A DNA stretch of 64,000 bases from an uncultured Alphaproteobacteria bacterium (GTDB taxonomy: Bacteria; Pseudomonadota; Alphaproteobacteria; HIMB59; GCA-002718135). Under the pieces are notes generated by a model that did not search any database, was not told where the DNA came from, and was given only the letters and a program-made list of their open reading frames with translations. The stretch spans positions 26,409-90,408 of the forward strand of contig CACJZA010000004.1 in assembly GCA_902597795.1 (NCBI GenBank), read 5' to 3'. This document shows, in pieces, positions 1 through 8,894 of the stretch (position 1 is the stretch's first letter; every line of letters starts with the position of its first letter). The translations under genes were made by a program, and so were the position numbers.

Positions 1-333
1 ATTATTGAGATTCTATTTCTTTTATTAATTTTTTATTTTTTTGATCCATTATTAAGCTTTGCTATTTATTTTTGTTTTTTTCACACTTACAAACATTTAA
101 AACATCTAATTAAAAATATTTATTTAAATTTAAAAAATAAATACTTTGTTATTTATTCAACAATAATTTTTACTGTAATTTCTTGGATTGGGGGTTTAGG
201 AATTGTTTACTATTTGGTCCAAAATTCATCATTATATGAGTCGATACTAAAAGTAATTTTTATTGGACTTGCTGCCTTAACACTTCCTCATATGTTACTT
301 GTTGATATTGTTTATAGAAAAAGATTTAAATGA
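1..333 (+). CDS. blh: Brp/Blh-family beta-carotene 15,15'-dioxygenase (retinal synthesis), C-terminal fragment; 5' end lies outside the window
   Basis: Frame +1 is open from the window edge to TGA at 331-333; it has no start, so it is absent from the ORF track. The translation ...SFAIYFCFFHTYKHLKHL...IGLAALTLPHMLLVDIVYRKRFK is a hydrophobic multi-helix tail. Its two His motifs (FFHxxxH and LTLPH) match my memory of the Brp/Blh family. Confidence 0.45.
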   Translation: MIEILFLLLIFYFFDPLLSFAIYFCFFHTYKHLKHLIKNIYLNLKNKYFVIYSTIIFTVISWIGGLGIVYYLVQNSSLYESILKVIFIGLAALTLPHMLLVDIVYRKRFK

Positions 334-349
334 ATAGTTTTCTCAAATG

Positions 350-377
350 TTGACTTATATATTCAAAGTGTTAATTG
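350..377 (+). promoter_or_regulatory. candidate sigma-70 promoter for tRNA-Gly
   Basis: TTGACT (350-355), a 16-nt spacer, then TAATTG (372-377), ending about 10 nt before the mature tRNA 5' end at 388. This is a pattern match only, in AT-rich DNA. Confidence 0.3.
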
Positions 378-387
378 TGTAAATTAA

Positions 388-462
388 GCGGGCGTAGCTC
401 AGGGGTAGAGCGCAACCTTGCCAAGGTTGAAGTCGAGGGTTCGAATCCCTTCGCCCGCTCCA
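388..462 (+). tRNA. tRNA-Gly (anticodon GCC), CCA encoded
   Basis: 75-nt cloverleaf read by hand. Acceptor stem GCGGGCG/CGCCCGC, D-arm GCTCAGGGGTAGAGC, anticodon stem CAACC/GGTTG with loop TTGCCAA (anticodon GCC), T-loop TTCGAAT, discriminator T followed by CCA. It is a locally GC-rich block in AT-rich DNA. Confidence 0.95.
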
Positions 463-565
463 AATCCCAATCTACCCAAAGATTTAAATTCCATTTGCAA
501 TACAGTATCAATTCAGTTTTATTAAAAATTGTTGTGTGCTATAAAGAAGTTGAAGTGTGTGAAGT

Positions 566-589
566 ATTCAAATCTTTTCGCCTGCTTTA
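566..589 (+). repeat. decayed direct copy of the 3' end of tRNA-Gly (possible att-site scar)
   Basis: ATTCAAATCTTTTCGCCTGCTTTA (566-589) aligns without gaps to GTTCGAATCCCTTCGCCCGCTCCA (439-462). By hand, 17 of 24 positions are identical and all 7 differences are G-to-A or C-to-T. Confidence 0.45.
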
Positions 590-610
590 TACAAAACTGA
601 ATAAGATATA

Positions 611-1606
611 ATGTGGAATGAACTTGTTTCAATTTTTTTAATTATTGTTGCATTTCTTTTTTTAATAATAATTTTTAATTTCTTTATTTTAAAATATTTA
701 GTAAAAACTCGCTCTTATTGGGGTGCTTATTCAAAATATAATAAAAGCTTAGCTCAAGCCTGTTTAAATTTAATGAATAATAGATTTATACTTGTAGATG
801 GAGGTGCAGCAGGACAAATATCTGAACCTTTCGATATAGTTAAAAATTTAATAACTAGCATAAGGATAGAGCCAAGAGGGGAAGAAGTTATATCAATGTC
901 AAATAATGATATTCATATTAATGCTGGACTTTGGGAAAAAGACACAGCCGGCGTTTTACACATAGCCAAAGAACCCTCACGAAGTTCAATATATCCACCA
1001 AATATTAATTTTTTAGAACAATTTGATGATAACTATGGAGTCAAGTTCAGAAAAACTGAAAAGAAAAATAATATTAGTCTACGATCTATCGATTCTCTTG
1101 TAAAAAATAATGAAATACCATTTCCTCATTTTATAAAGTTAGACGTGCATTCCTCTGAGTTGTCGGCTCTTAAAGGAGCAAAAAATAGTTTAAAAAACTG
1201 TATTGGACTTTTGGTTGAAACATGGAACTCAGAAGTCCATTTAGGGCAAGGACTTCATTATGAAATAGAAAAATTTGGAATTGAAAATGGATTTGAGGTT
1301 TATGATATTATTTGTGCGGCTCGATGGAAAGTTAAACATAACAATAAAATATCTAACTATGAAAGAAGTAGATACATAGGCTCAGAAATTTTACTTATAA
1401 AAAAAGTAAATAGTGAGGCACTACTTTTGCATAAAACATTTTTATTTTGTTTATTTGGATTTTACAGTGATGCGCTTAATTTAGTTTCTAAATCTAGCAG
1501 AAAAGATGCAAAAAATTTATATAAAAAAATTTTAAATACCCAATTAAAAATTAATATGAGTCTTTTAAATAAGTTGAGAAAAATTAAACAATATATTTTT
1601 AATTGA
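611..1606 (+). CDS. FkbM-family SAM-dependent methyltransferase with N-terminal transmembrane anchor
   Basis: 331-aa ORF. The N-terminus LVSIFLIIVAFLFLIIIFNFFILKYLV is a single hydrophobic helix. FIKLDVHSSELSALKGAKNSL matches the FkbM signature (hydrophobic-K-hydrophobic-D-hydrophobic-E/Q-G-x-E). LVDGGAAGQ is a plausible SAM-binding glycine loop. Confidence 0.65.
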   Translation: MWNELVSIFLIIVAFLFLIIIFNFFILKYLVKTRSYWGAYSKYNKSLAQACLNLMNNRFILVDGGAAGQISEPFDIVKNLITSIRIEPRGEEVISMSNNDIHINAGLWEKDTAGVLHIAKEPSRSSIYPPNINFLEQFDDNYGVKFRKTEKKNNISLRSIDSLVKNNEIPFPHFIKLDVHSSELSALKGAKNSLKNCIGLLVETWNSEVHLGQGLHYEIEKFGIENGFEVYDIICAARWKVKHNNKISNYERSRYIGSEILLIKKVNSEALLLHKTFLFCLFGFYSDALNLVSKSSRKDAKNLYKKILNTQLKINMSLLNKLRKIKQYIFN

Positions 1607-1696
1607 TAACACGTTTAAATTAATAATCTTAATTCCTAAAGATGAAATGCTCTTGTTCAACATATATAAAGGTGTAACAAATAATTTTTTCAATAT

Positions 1697-2371
1697 TTAA
1701 TTTAATTTTTTTAAAATTACTTCTTTCATATATCTATCTATTACACAATAATTTAAGGATTTAAGAAAATCAATTTCATTAGATTCATTTAAATTTTCTT
1801 TATATTCTTCTATACAAATGATTGGATTATTTTTTTTTAAAGTATCAACTGAACCCTTTAATACTTCGAATTCATAACCTTGGACATCAATTTTAATAAA
1901 ACTAATATCTATAAGCTCTAAACTATCCAAAGTTTTAATATTAACTTTCTGTTTTGGTGTATCAACTTTAAATTTATCCCAAATTTCATTTCCTAACTTA
2001 TCAACTCCTAAGTATTTAGTTTGATTAATTAATGATGAACCCCCTGTTGATTGAGGACAATAAAGATAACCGTTTGAGTTTTTAGATCCTAATGCAAAAT
2101 TGTAAATTTTTGCCTTTGAAATATTAATATTTTTTTTTAAACAATCTAAACAAGAAGTATTAGGTTCAAAACAAATAGTTCTTGAAAAAAATGCTGTAAA
2201 ATCTTTTGACCATAATCCTATATTAGCGCCAATATCTATTGCTGTATTCCAATCTTCTACATGAGATAAGGCTCTATTTCTTTGAGCTTCTTGATAATGA
2301 TCAAATTTTGAAAAATATCCTTCAAAATGCTCATCATTTTCTGGAATATAATAACCTTTGATTTTTTTCAT
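1697..2371 (-). CDS. FkbM-family methyltransferase
   Basis: 224 aa. AIDIGANIGLWS (SAM motif I) and FIKIDVQGYEFEVLKGSVDTLKKNNPIICIE (FkbM signature block). Confidence 0.75.
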   Translation of the reverse strand: MKKIKGYYIPENDEHFEGYFSKFDHYQEAQRNRALSHVEDWNTAIDIGANIGLWSKDFTAFFSRTICFEPNTSCLDCLKKNINISKAKIYNFALGSKNSNGYLYCPQSTGGSSLINQTKYLGVDKLGNEIWDKFKVDTPKQKVNIKTLDSLELIDISFIKIDVQGYEFEVLKGSVDTLKKNNPIICIEEYKENLNESNEIDFLKSLNYCVIDRYMKEVILKKLN

Positions 2372-2389
2372 AAAATTTGATCTGAAAAA

Positions 2390-3103
2390 TTAAAAAACAT
2401 AATCAAATATTTCCATATCCCTTTTATATATATTTTCGACTAATATTTTGGCTTTATTATCAAAGTATTTTCTATAATTATTATCCCTATTACTCTTTTT
2501 TTTATATATTTTAAGTTCTCCATCAAATGGTATACCTAATCTATTAAAGATTAAATCAAGTTCTCTATTTAAATTTTCATATTTTATAATCTTATCACAT
2601 AGAATTGAGTTACATTTTTTATCCATTAATTTATTTAAATTTAATAATCCATAATTTAAATTTTTATTTGCTTCTAATTCTTTCAAAAGATCATAAAAAG
2701 TAATAGGTTTAGCATTTTTGTTAGCTGAATTATTCTGCCAATAATAATGTGATACTATTGTATCAAAAGGATTTCTTACTACTCCGAATTTAAAAAAGTT
2801 TTTAAATATATCGTAATTAAGTTTTTTGCTAAGAGGTTTAAGTCTTTCTTTAACCAGCCAAATTGGCATATGAGCGAAATACTTTAATTTATACTTTGAT
2901 TTTTTTATTAAAAATTCTTTACCAAAATAATCTTCAATATCTTTTGTATCAAAATCTCCCCAGCAATTTATTCCTTGATAGTCTTCAGTTGTAGCTATTA
3001 TATCTTCATTACTCAAATAGGAGTATAAATAATTTTCAATACTACTACCCGCAGTTTTATATGTTTTAATAAAAATAAATTTATACTTGAAAGAAATTAT
3101 CAC
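2390..3103 (-). CDS. sulfotransferase-family protein
   Basis: 237 aa. The N-terminal FIFIKTYKTAGSSIENYL resembles the PAPS 5'-phosphosulfate-binding loop of bacterial sulfotransferases (hydrophobic-x-K-T-G/A-G-S/T-S). A downstream VVRNPFDTIVSHYYW block resembles the RNP...S 3'-phosphate motif. Confidence 0.6.
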   Translation of the reverse strand: MIISFKYKFIFIKTYKTAGSSIENYLYSYLSNEDIIATTEDYQGINCWGDFDTKDIEDYFGKEFLIKKSKYKLKYFAHMPIWLVKERLKPLSKKLNYDIFKNFFKFGVVRNPFDTIVSHYYWQNNSANKNAKPITFYDLLKELEANKNLNYGLLNLNKLMDKKCNSILCDKIIKYENLNRELDLIFNRLGIPFDGELKIYKKKSNRDNNYRKYFDNKAKILVENIYKRDMEIFDYVF

Positions 3104-3262
3104 TCTAATTTAGTTATCAAAGATAAAATAAAGATCAACACTAATTATGTATTATATTTCTATGATATTTTTAAGATTATTTAAATTAAATTTCAATATT
3201 TCAAAATGTAATTGTTAAATAGTTTTGTTGTTAATACTTAGAAAAATCTATAAATTAATTTT

Positions 3263-3919
3263 ATGTTCAAATTTATAACCGCCGACGACAAACAATGGGC
3301 AATATTTGAAAAAGATAACGCTACATTAAATAAAAGCAAACATATTGATTTTGTTAGAAAAGATGCAAACTATTTAGAAAAAATTATAGGCTCTATAGAC
3401 AAGTTTGAAAATGCTATTGATTGTGGAGCCTGTTACGGTTTTTGGACATATTTACTTCAGCCTTATTTTAAAAAAATATATGCTTTTGAATTAGTACATT
3501 ATCATAGAATGTGTTTATTAAGAAATATGGCACTTTTTAACATTAGAAATTTTGAACTATTTCCTTTTGGTTTAGGTGATAAAAAAACAAAGTGCTTAGT
3601 TGGTAATGATCAGTGGGCTATTGAAAAATTTGGATATGCAGCTTTTAATGCTCAAGTAGTTGAAGAAAAAAATGGAAATGAAAATTTAAGAACACTAGAT
3701 TCTTTTAAATTAAAAAATATAAGTTTTATTAAAATTGATGTTGAGGGATATGAACTTAATTTACTTAAAGGTGCATATAAAACAATAGAAAAAAACAAAC
3801 CTGTAATATTTATTGAAAAGACAATAACTAATTATATAGATATAAAAAATTTTTTATATTGTTTTGATTACGAAATTGTTGAAGAATTCGAAAAAGATAC
3901 TTTATTTAAATCAAGATAA
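3263..3919 (+). CDS. FkbM-family methyltransferase
   Basis: 218 aa. AIDCGACYGFWT (motif I) and FIKIDVEGYELNLLKGAYKTIEKNKPVIFIE. It is a clear paralog of the 1697-2371 product. Confidence 0.75.
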   Translation: MFKFITADDKQWAIFEKDNATLNKSKHIDFVRKDANYLEKIIGSIDKFENAIDCGACYGFWTYLLQPYFKKIYAFELVHYHRMCLLRNMALFNIRNFELFPFGLGDKKTKCLVGNDQWAIEKFGYAAFNAQVVEEKNGNENLRTLDSFKLKNISFIKIDVEGYELNLLKGAYKTIEKNKPVIFIEKTITNYIDIKNFLYCFDYEIVEEFEKDTLFKSR

Positions 3920-4080
3920 TTCTTTATAAATTGTACTAATCCATTTAAGATTTATTTAATAAAATAAATTAAATTTATCATCAATTCTTGCAATTTTATT
4001 TTGTATTTATTTAATGCTTAATTAAGTAAAGAATAAAAATTTTTGTATCAGAGTAATTATACCTTTTTATTATTCCATAA

Positions 4081-4668
4081 TTAGATTTGAGGGCTTGGTT
4101 TTAGGCTTGCATTAAATGCTATGCATCGTCTTTCTTCTTTATTTTTTCTAATTGGATACACAGTATGCAGAACATAACTTGGAAATAAAAAAATTGATCC
4201 TACCTCTGGTACTAAAGTTATATATCCACGGTTAAGAAAAAAGTTTGGTGAATTAATGAAACTTATTGAACCATCTTTTTCACTTTCCCTTTTCTGTGGA
4301 AATTTAAGATACAAAACCCCTGAAACATCACCGTTATGAGAGTGTACAGGGTTATATTCAGATTCATACTGCCTAACCACCCAACATGAATCTATGTTAA
4401 TTAACTCGTGAAACTTGTAATTACAGGAAATTAAGTATTTATTTATATGAGGTCCGATAATCTTTAATAAATCTTTTTCTAAAAACTCTTTCTCTATAAA
4501 TATCTCTTCTCTAACCTTCCCTACAAGTGAATTACTTGCATCCAATTCCTTTTTCTTTTTTTTATCAATAATTAATACATCATCTATGTAATTATTAATC
4601 TTATCTATTTCATTTATTGTTATATTATTCTTATATAGAGGTGGACCAAAAGGTTTTAATATTTCCAT
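4081..4668 (-). CDS. putative Fe(II)/2-oxoglutarate oxygenase, uncharacterised family (PF13759/TIGR02466-like), paralog 1
   Basis: The ORF track gives 4081-4689. I prefer the internal Met (MEILKPFGPPLY...) because the two paralogs start the same way. Motifs: PVHSHNGDVSGVLYL and LFPSYVLHTV. Confidence 0.6.
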   Translation of the reverse strand: MEILKPFGPPLYKNNITINEIDKINNYIDDVLIIDKKKKKELDASNSLVGKVREEIFIEKEFLEKDLLKIIGPHINKYLISCNYKFHELINIDSCWVVRQYESEYNPVHSHNGDVSGVLYLKFPQKRESEKDGSISFINSPNFFLNRGYITLVPEVGSIFLFPSYVLHTVYPIRKNKEERRCIAFNASLKPSPQI

Positions 4669-4742
4669 TTTGAATTCTAAATACAACAAAAATTTATAAT
4701 ACCAAACATTTTTATGAAATTAGTATTGAGTTCTAATCAATT

Positions 4743-6500
4743 TTATAGAAACATTTCAAATTTTTGTGCCCAAGATCTTAACATCCATGAAACTATTTTT
4801 CTTTTACCAGATAATGATTTTCCTAAATTATTATTATCTATATAATTATCTTCAAGTAATGCATTTCTAATTCCATCATCTTTACTTATATCACTTGAAA
4901 ATTTGTTATTTAGAGAAACATCAGTATTTAACCAATCCATTATTGGAGCAGACCAACCACTTTTAGATTTGTTTAAAACATAACTTGGTATCTTACTTTT
5001 ATAGGCCTCTTTTAAAATATATTTTGTTTCATTTGATTGCAAACCGAATTTAAATGAAGATTTTATATTTAAACAATATTGCATAAAATTTTTTGAAGCA
5101 AAAGGAAATCTACCTTCCATTGAAAAAGCCATTCCAAACCTATCATTTCTTGAAAAAAAATCCTCAGAAACAGTAGTAATACAATCAAGAGCCATTGCAG
5201 AATTTGGAATATCTTCTGGATTCCATATCTCTTCTGGTAGTGTTTTAATTAAAATTGAATGAAGATCGTCAAAATTGAATTTCATATTTAGCAATATAGG
5301 AGCTCTAAATTTTACCATCCACATTTTAATAAATTCATTCCAGTTTTTTGGTTTTGTTTCTAAATTATACATTTTTAGATATTTATTATAACCCCCAAAA
5401 ATTTCATCTCCAATATCACCAGCCATTGTGACTACAGTATTATTCTTAGATAAAAAATTGTTTGTATGAAAATACATCGGTAAACACCAATTGTACCTAG
5501 GCTCCTCAATATATTCAATTGATCTATCCCAATTTTCAACAAATGTTTTAGGGGTGATTATTATTTCTCTATGTTCTAGTTCAATTTCTTTTGAAAATAA
5601 TTTTGCTATTTCTGCATCACTATTATAATTTTCTTTATCATATATATTTGGATACATTTTTGTTGTGAATGATTTTAATAAACCTAACTTATCTTTTAGA
5701 CCATGTGCAATTATAGACGAATCAAGTCCTCCTGATAGAAAAATTCCAAAATCTCTTATTCCAAGAGTAGAGTTATTGATAGCAATCCTTGATTCTTCAT
5801 AAAACTCTTCAACATTAAAATCTTTATTTGATTTTGGTTTTACAAGATTTTTAAATGTAAATTTAATCTTTTTTCTATCAAGACAATAGACAATTGTTTC
5901 TCCAGGAAAAACTTTATAGATACCATTGAACATTGTTTGTCTTACAACATTTACCCCAAGTAAACTTGTACAAGCTAATGCAACCCTATCTATTTTTTTT
6001 GAATTTGATAAAATTTCAGTTAAACCTTTTATTTCAGACGAAAAAACTACTCCATTTTTAATTTCAGAAAAATATAAAGGTTTGATGCCTGCGTGATCTC
6101 TTGATAGCACTATTTCATTATTTTTTTTATTAAAAAAAACAAAAGCATGCATCGAGTCAATTAAATTACATATAATATCTTGATAGCTAAAATTATCTAA
6201 TAACCAACCTAGTAACTCGGTATCACATGTAGATTTTGGAAAGAATTTATTTTTAAATTTTTTTAGTAGATAATTGTAATTAAAGACCTCGCCGTTATAT
6301 ATAAGAACATTGTCATTTTGAGTAATATATGGCTGTAAACCATCTTGAGGTTTAGATGTAATTGATAAAAGGTTGTGACCTAATGTAAGATGATTATTTG
6401 ACCAAATAGAAGAACCATCAGGCCCTCTATGAGAGCTTTTATTCATTAGCTTTTCTACAAGATCAGTATTTTTTTCTGTAATTCCAAATATTCCGCACAT
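4743..6500 (-). CDS. asparagine synthase (glutamine-hydrolysing)-type amidotransferase, AsnB family
   Basis: 585 aa. MCGIFG N-terminus (Cys2 Ntn glutaminase nucleophile) and the SGGLDSS PP-loop of the synthetase domain. Both the length and the two-domain layout fit AsnB. Confidence 0.85.
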   Translation of the reverse strand: MCGIFGITEKNTDLVEKLMNKSSHRGPDGSSIWSNNHLTLGHNLLSITSKPQDGLQPYITQNDNVLIYNGEVFNYNYLLKKFKNKFFPKSTCDTELLGWLLDNFSYQDIICNLIDSMHAFVFFNKKNNEIVLSRDHAGIKPLYFSEIKNGVVFSSEIKGLTEILSNSKKIDRVALACTSLLGVNVVRQTMFNGIYKVFPGETIVYCLDRKKIKFTFKNLVKPKSNKDFNVEEFYEESRIAINNSTLGIRDFGIFLSGGLDSSIIAHGLKDKLGLLKSFTTKMYPNIYDKENYNSDAEIAKLFSKEIELEHREIIITPKTFVENWDRSIEYIEEPRYNWCLPMYFHTNNFLSKNNTVVTMAGDIGDEIFGGYNKYLKMYNLETKPKNWNEFIKMWMVKFRAPILLNMKFNFDDLHSILIKTLPEEIWNPEDIPNSAMALDCITTVSEDFFSRNDRFGMAFSMEGRFPFASKNFMQYCLNIKSSFKFGLQSNETKYILKEAYKSKIPSYVLNKSKSGWSAPIMDWLNTDVSLNNKFSSDISKDDGIRNALLEDNYIDNNNLGKSLSGKRKIVSWMLRSWAQKFEMFL

Positions 6501-6707
6501 CTAAAGTGAAACTCAATATATCTTGGTGAACTTAAGGTATTCAAAACTCTTTATTTTTTCATAACAATATTGATATGATAATCCTAAGATTCTACAATAT
6601 GTATAAAATAAAATTAAATTTTTAGACATAAATTTACAAAACCTGTATCATCTTAAGAAAAGGATAAAAATAAATAACAAATTACTTTAATAATGATACT
6701 ATAAATT

Positions 6708-7400
6708 ATGGAAATTTTTAATCTTTTTCCTTTAACTGTCACAAAAGACACTATTAATATTAAAGAAGATGAAAGAAGTATTTTGGTAGAAGAAATCAAA
6801 AAAATGAAAGAAAATAATAATATAAAAATGAAAGAAGCTAATGCTTGGACAGGGGATACAAATGGTCATGAATTTCTATTTTCAAATAAATTATTTAAAA
6901 ATCTTTCCAACAAAATTTCCAATGCTGTAATTAAGTATTTACAGATGTTGGAAATAAATACTAATCTTTTAGATATTTATTATCAAAGATCCTGGGCAAC
7001 ATTTACTGAAAACGAGCAAAGTATAAATTTTCATACCCACTCTCAGTCTAATATAAGTTTTGCATATTATTTATTAAAACCAAAAGGATCTGGGGGAATA
7101 ATTTTTAAATCTAATGAGTTACAAAATGAAATTGCTAAAAATATTTTTACTAGCAGTAAAATAGAGAAATCTCTTATAAATAAAGCAAATGCTTATAATT
7201 CAGACAGATCTATGTTTGATCTAGATCAAGATACAATAATAATTTTCCCATCTAAAACTCCTCATGCAACTGTTCCAAACAAATCTGGTAAACCACGTAT
7301 ATCAATTTCAGGTGACATTTCTATAATGCTGAAGGAAAGTAGAGGATTTGAACATTTAATGCCCAATTTTAGTAATTGGACTAAATTTCAAGATCACTAA
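6708..7400 (+). CDS. putative Fe(II)/2-oxoglutarate oxygenase, uncharacterised family (PF13759/TIGR02466-like), paralog 2
   Basis: 230 aa. The MEIFNLFPLTV start resembles the paralogs. Motifs: NFHTHSQSNISFAYYL and IIFPSKTPHATVPN. Confidence 0.55.
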   Translation: MEIFNLFPLTVTKDTINIKEDERSILVEEIKKMKENNNIKMKEANAWTGDTNGHEFLFSNKLFKNLSNKISNAVIKYLQMLEINTNLLDIYYQRSWATFTENEQSINFHTHSQSNISFAYYLLKPKGSGGIIFKSNELQNEIAKNIFTSSKIEKSLINKANAYNSDRSMFDLDQDTIIIFPSKTPHATVPNKSGKPRISISGDISIMLKESRGFEHLMPNFSNWTKFQDH

Positions 7401-7972
7401 TCATTAAAATAAATATACTGATTAATTTTCGGATATTTATTTTTAAAGTCTAAAAATATTTTTTCCCAATCTTCTTTATTTTTCAAACATAGATGAATAT
7501 TTTTTCCATCATCAAAATATTTTGTAGCTGGTATTGTTGCGATAACAATAAATATAAATTTTTTTGATAATTTAAATAATTCATCTATAAAATATAGAAT
7601 ATCACTTTCTGGTATATGTTCTATAACGTCAGTACAAATCAAACCATCAAATTTAGTTTGTGGATATAGAGAATATTCTTCAACACCTGGATCGTATAAA
7701 TATATATTATTAATCTTCCAAAAATCTGACAAACTAAAATATTCTTCATTACCAATTTTTAATTTTTTGTTATATAAAAATCCCTTGCCACAACCAAAAT
7801 CTATAATCGTTTCACATTTATGAATTTCAATAATCTTTTTAATAGTGACAATCCATTTTTCTAAAGAAAAACCTAAAAAAGTCCTAGAACCAGGTAAATC
7901 TTTTATTCCTCTTTCATGAAATAGTTTGTATTTTTCAATTATATTGTAATAATAATCAGAATAACCACTCAT
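7397..7972 (-). CDS. class I SAM-dependent methyltransferase
   Basis: 191 aa. IIDFGCGKG (motif I) and FDGLICTDVIEHIPE (post-I/II block typical of Methyltransf_11/23-type enzymes). It has a convergent 4-nt overlap with the 6708-7400 gene. Confidence 0.7.
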   Translation of the reverse strand: MSGYSDYYYNIIEKYKLFHERGIKDLPGSRTFLGFSLEKWIVTIKKIIEIHKCETIIDFGCGKGFLYNKKLKIGNEEYFSLSDFWKINNIYLYDPGVEEYSLYPQTKFDGLICTDVIEHIPESDILYFIDELFKLSKKFIFIVIATIPATKYFDDGKNIHLCLKNKEDWEKIFLDFKNKYPKINQYIYFND

Positions 7973-8041
7973 CTTTATTTATTTAATATTATTAATTTAT
8001 TATAAGTATAATATTAAATATCAAAAAATTCAAAAATAAAT

Positions 8042-8893
8042 ATGACCTTTAATCCTATTGCTGCATTAAATATTCTTGAGTGCAAAAATATTATATTAGA
8101 GGAAAAACCAAATGCCCTGGATTTAGGATCTCAAACTGCTTCAATTGACAATACTTTCATTAAAAATTTACTCGATCAAAAAAAACCATTAAATAATTTA
8201 CAAAAAAAAAAATTAGAAAAACTCATTCAAACTGATAAGTTTAGCACCAAAGATTATTTTGAATCAATTGGTTTTATTAAATATAAATCTATAGATATAA
8301 ATGGAGCTTATGGAAGTTATCCTTTTGATCTTAATAAAAATATTTCAAAAAATTATAATTTTAATGAACAATATGATCTTGTTATTAATAATGGTACTGG
8401 AGAGCATGTATTTAACCAGTATTCATTATATTTAAATTTTCACAATTTAACTAAAACTAATGGAATAATGCTAAACATACTCCCTTTTATTGATTGGATT
8501 AATCATGGATTTTACAACTTTAATCCGATTTTTTTTGCAGACTTGGCAGCTTCTAATAATTATAAAATTATTAAAATATCTCTTGCAAATAGAAACGGTG
8601 CGGAACTAAAGTTACAAGGTGATAATTTTGAAATATTATTTGATCAAATAAAACCAAATAAAAACAACTCAAAATTTGAAAAAATGATTGAAATTGCAAA
8701 AGATAAAATAGGGAAGAATATATTACTCGTTGTATCAACAAGAAAGTTAACTAATGATCCTTTTAAAATCCCTTTACAGGGTAAATATTTGGCTGATATT
8801 TCCAATTTTAAGACTGATTATACAAAACAGGACGGTGGTAGTGCAAACGCATCAAATCAAATTTCTGATAATATTAAAAGAAGAGAATATTAA
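8042..8893 (+). CDS. probable SAM-dependent methyltransferase-fold protein
   Basis: 283 aa. ALDLGSQ (degenerate motif I), YDLVINNGTGEHVFNQ and TNGIMLNILP occur in the order expected for a Rossmann methyltransferase. The assignment is weaker than for the neighbours. Confidence 0.4.
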   Translation: MTFNPIAALNILECKNIILEEKPNALDLGSQTASIDNTFIKNLLDQKKPLNNLQKKKLEKLIQTDKFSTKDYFESIGFIKYKSIDINGAYGSYPFDLNKNISKNYNFNEQYDLVINNGTGEHVFNQYSLYLNFHNLTKTNGIMLNILPFIDWINHGFYNFNPIFFADLAASNNYKIIKISLANRNGAELKLQGDNFEILFDQIKPNKNNSKFEKMIEIAKDKIGKNILLVVSTRKLTNDPFKIPLQGKYLADISNFKTDYTKQDGGSANASNQISDNIKRREY

Positions 8894-8894
8894 A

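Noticed and set aside
375-611. 78-aa ORF in the track (MCKLSGRSSGVERNLAKVEVEGSNPFARS...)
   Set aside because: It is simply the translation of tRNA-Gly and the non-coding spacer behind it. The tRNA cloverleaf fully explains the GC-rich segment.
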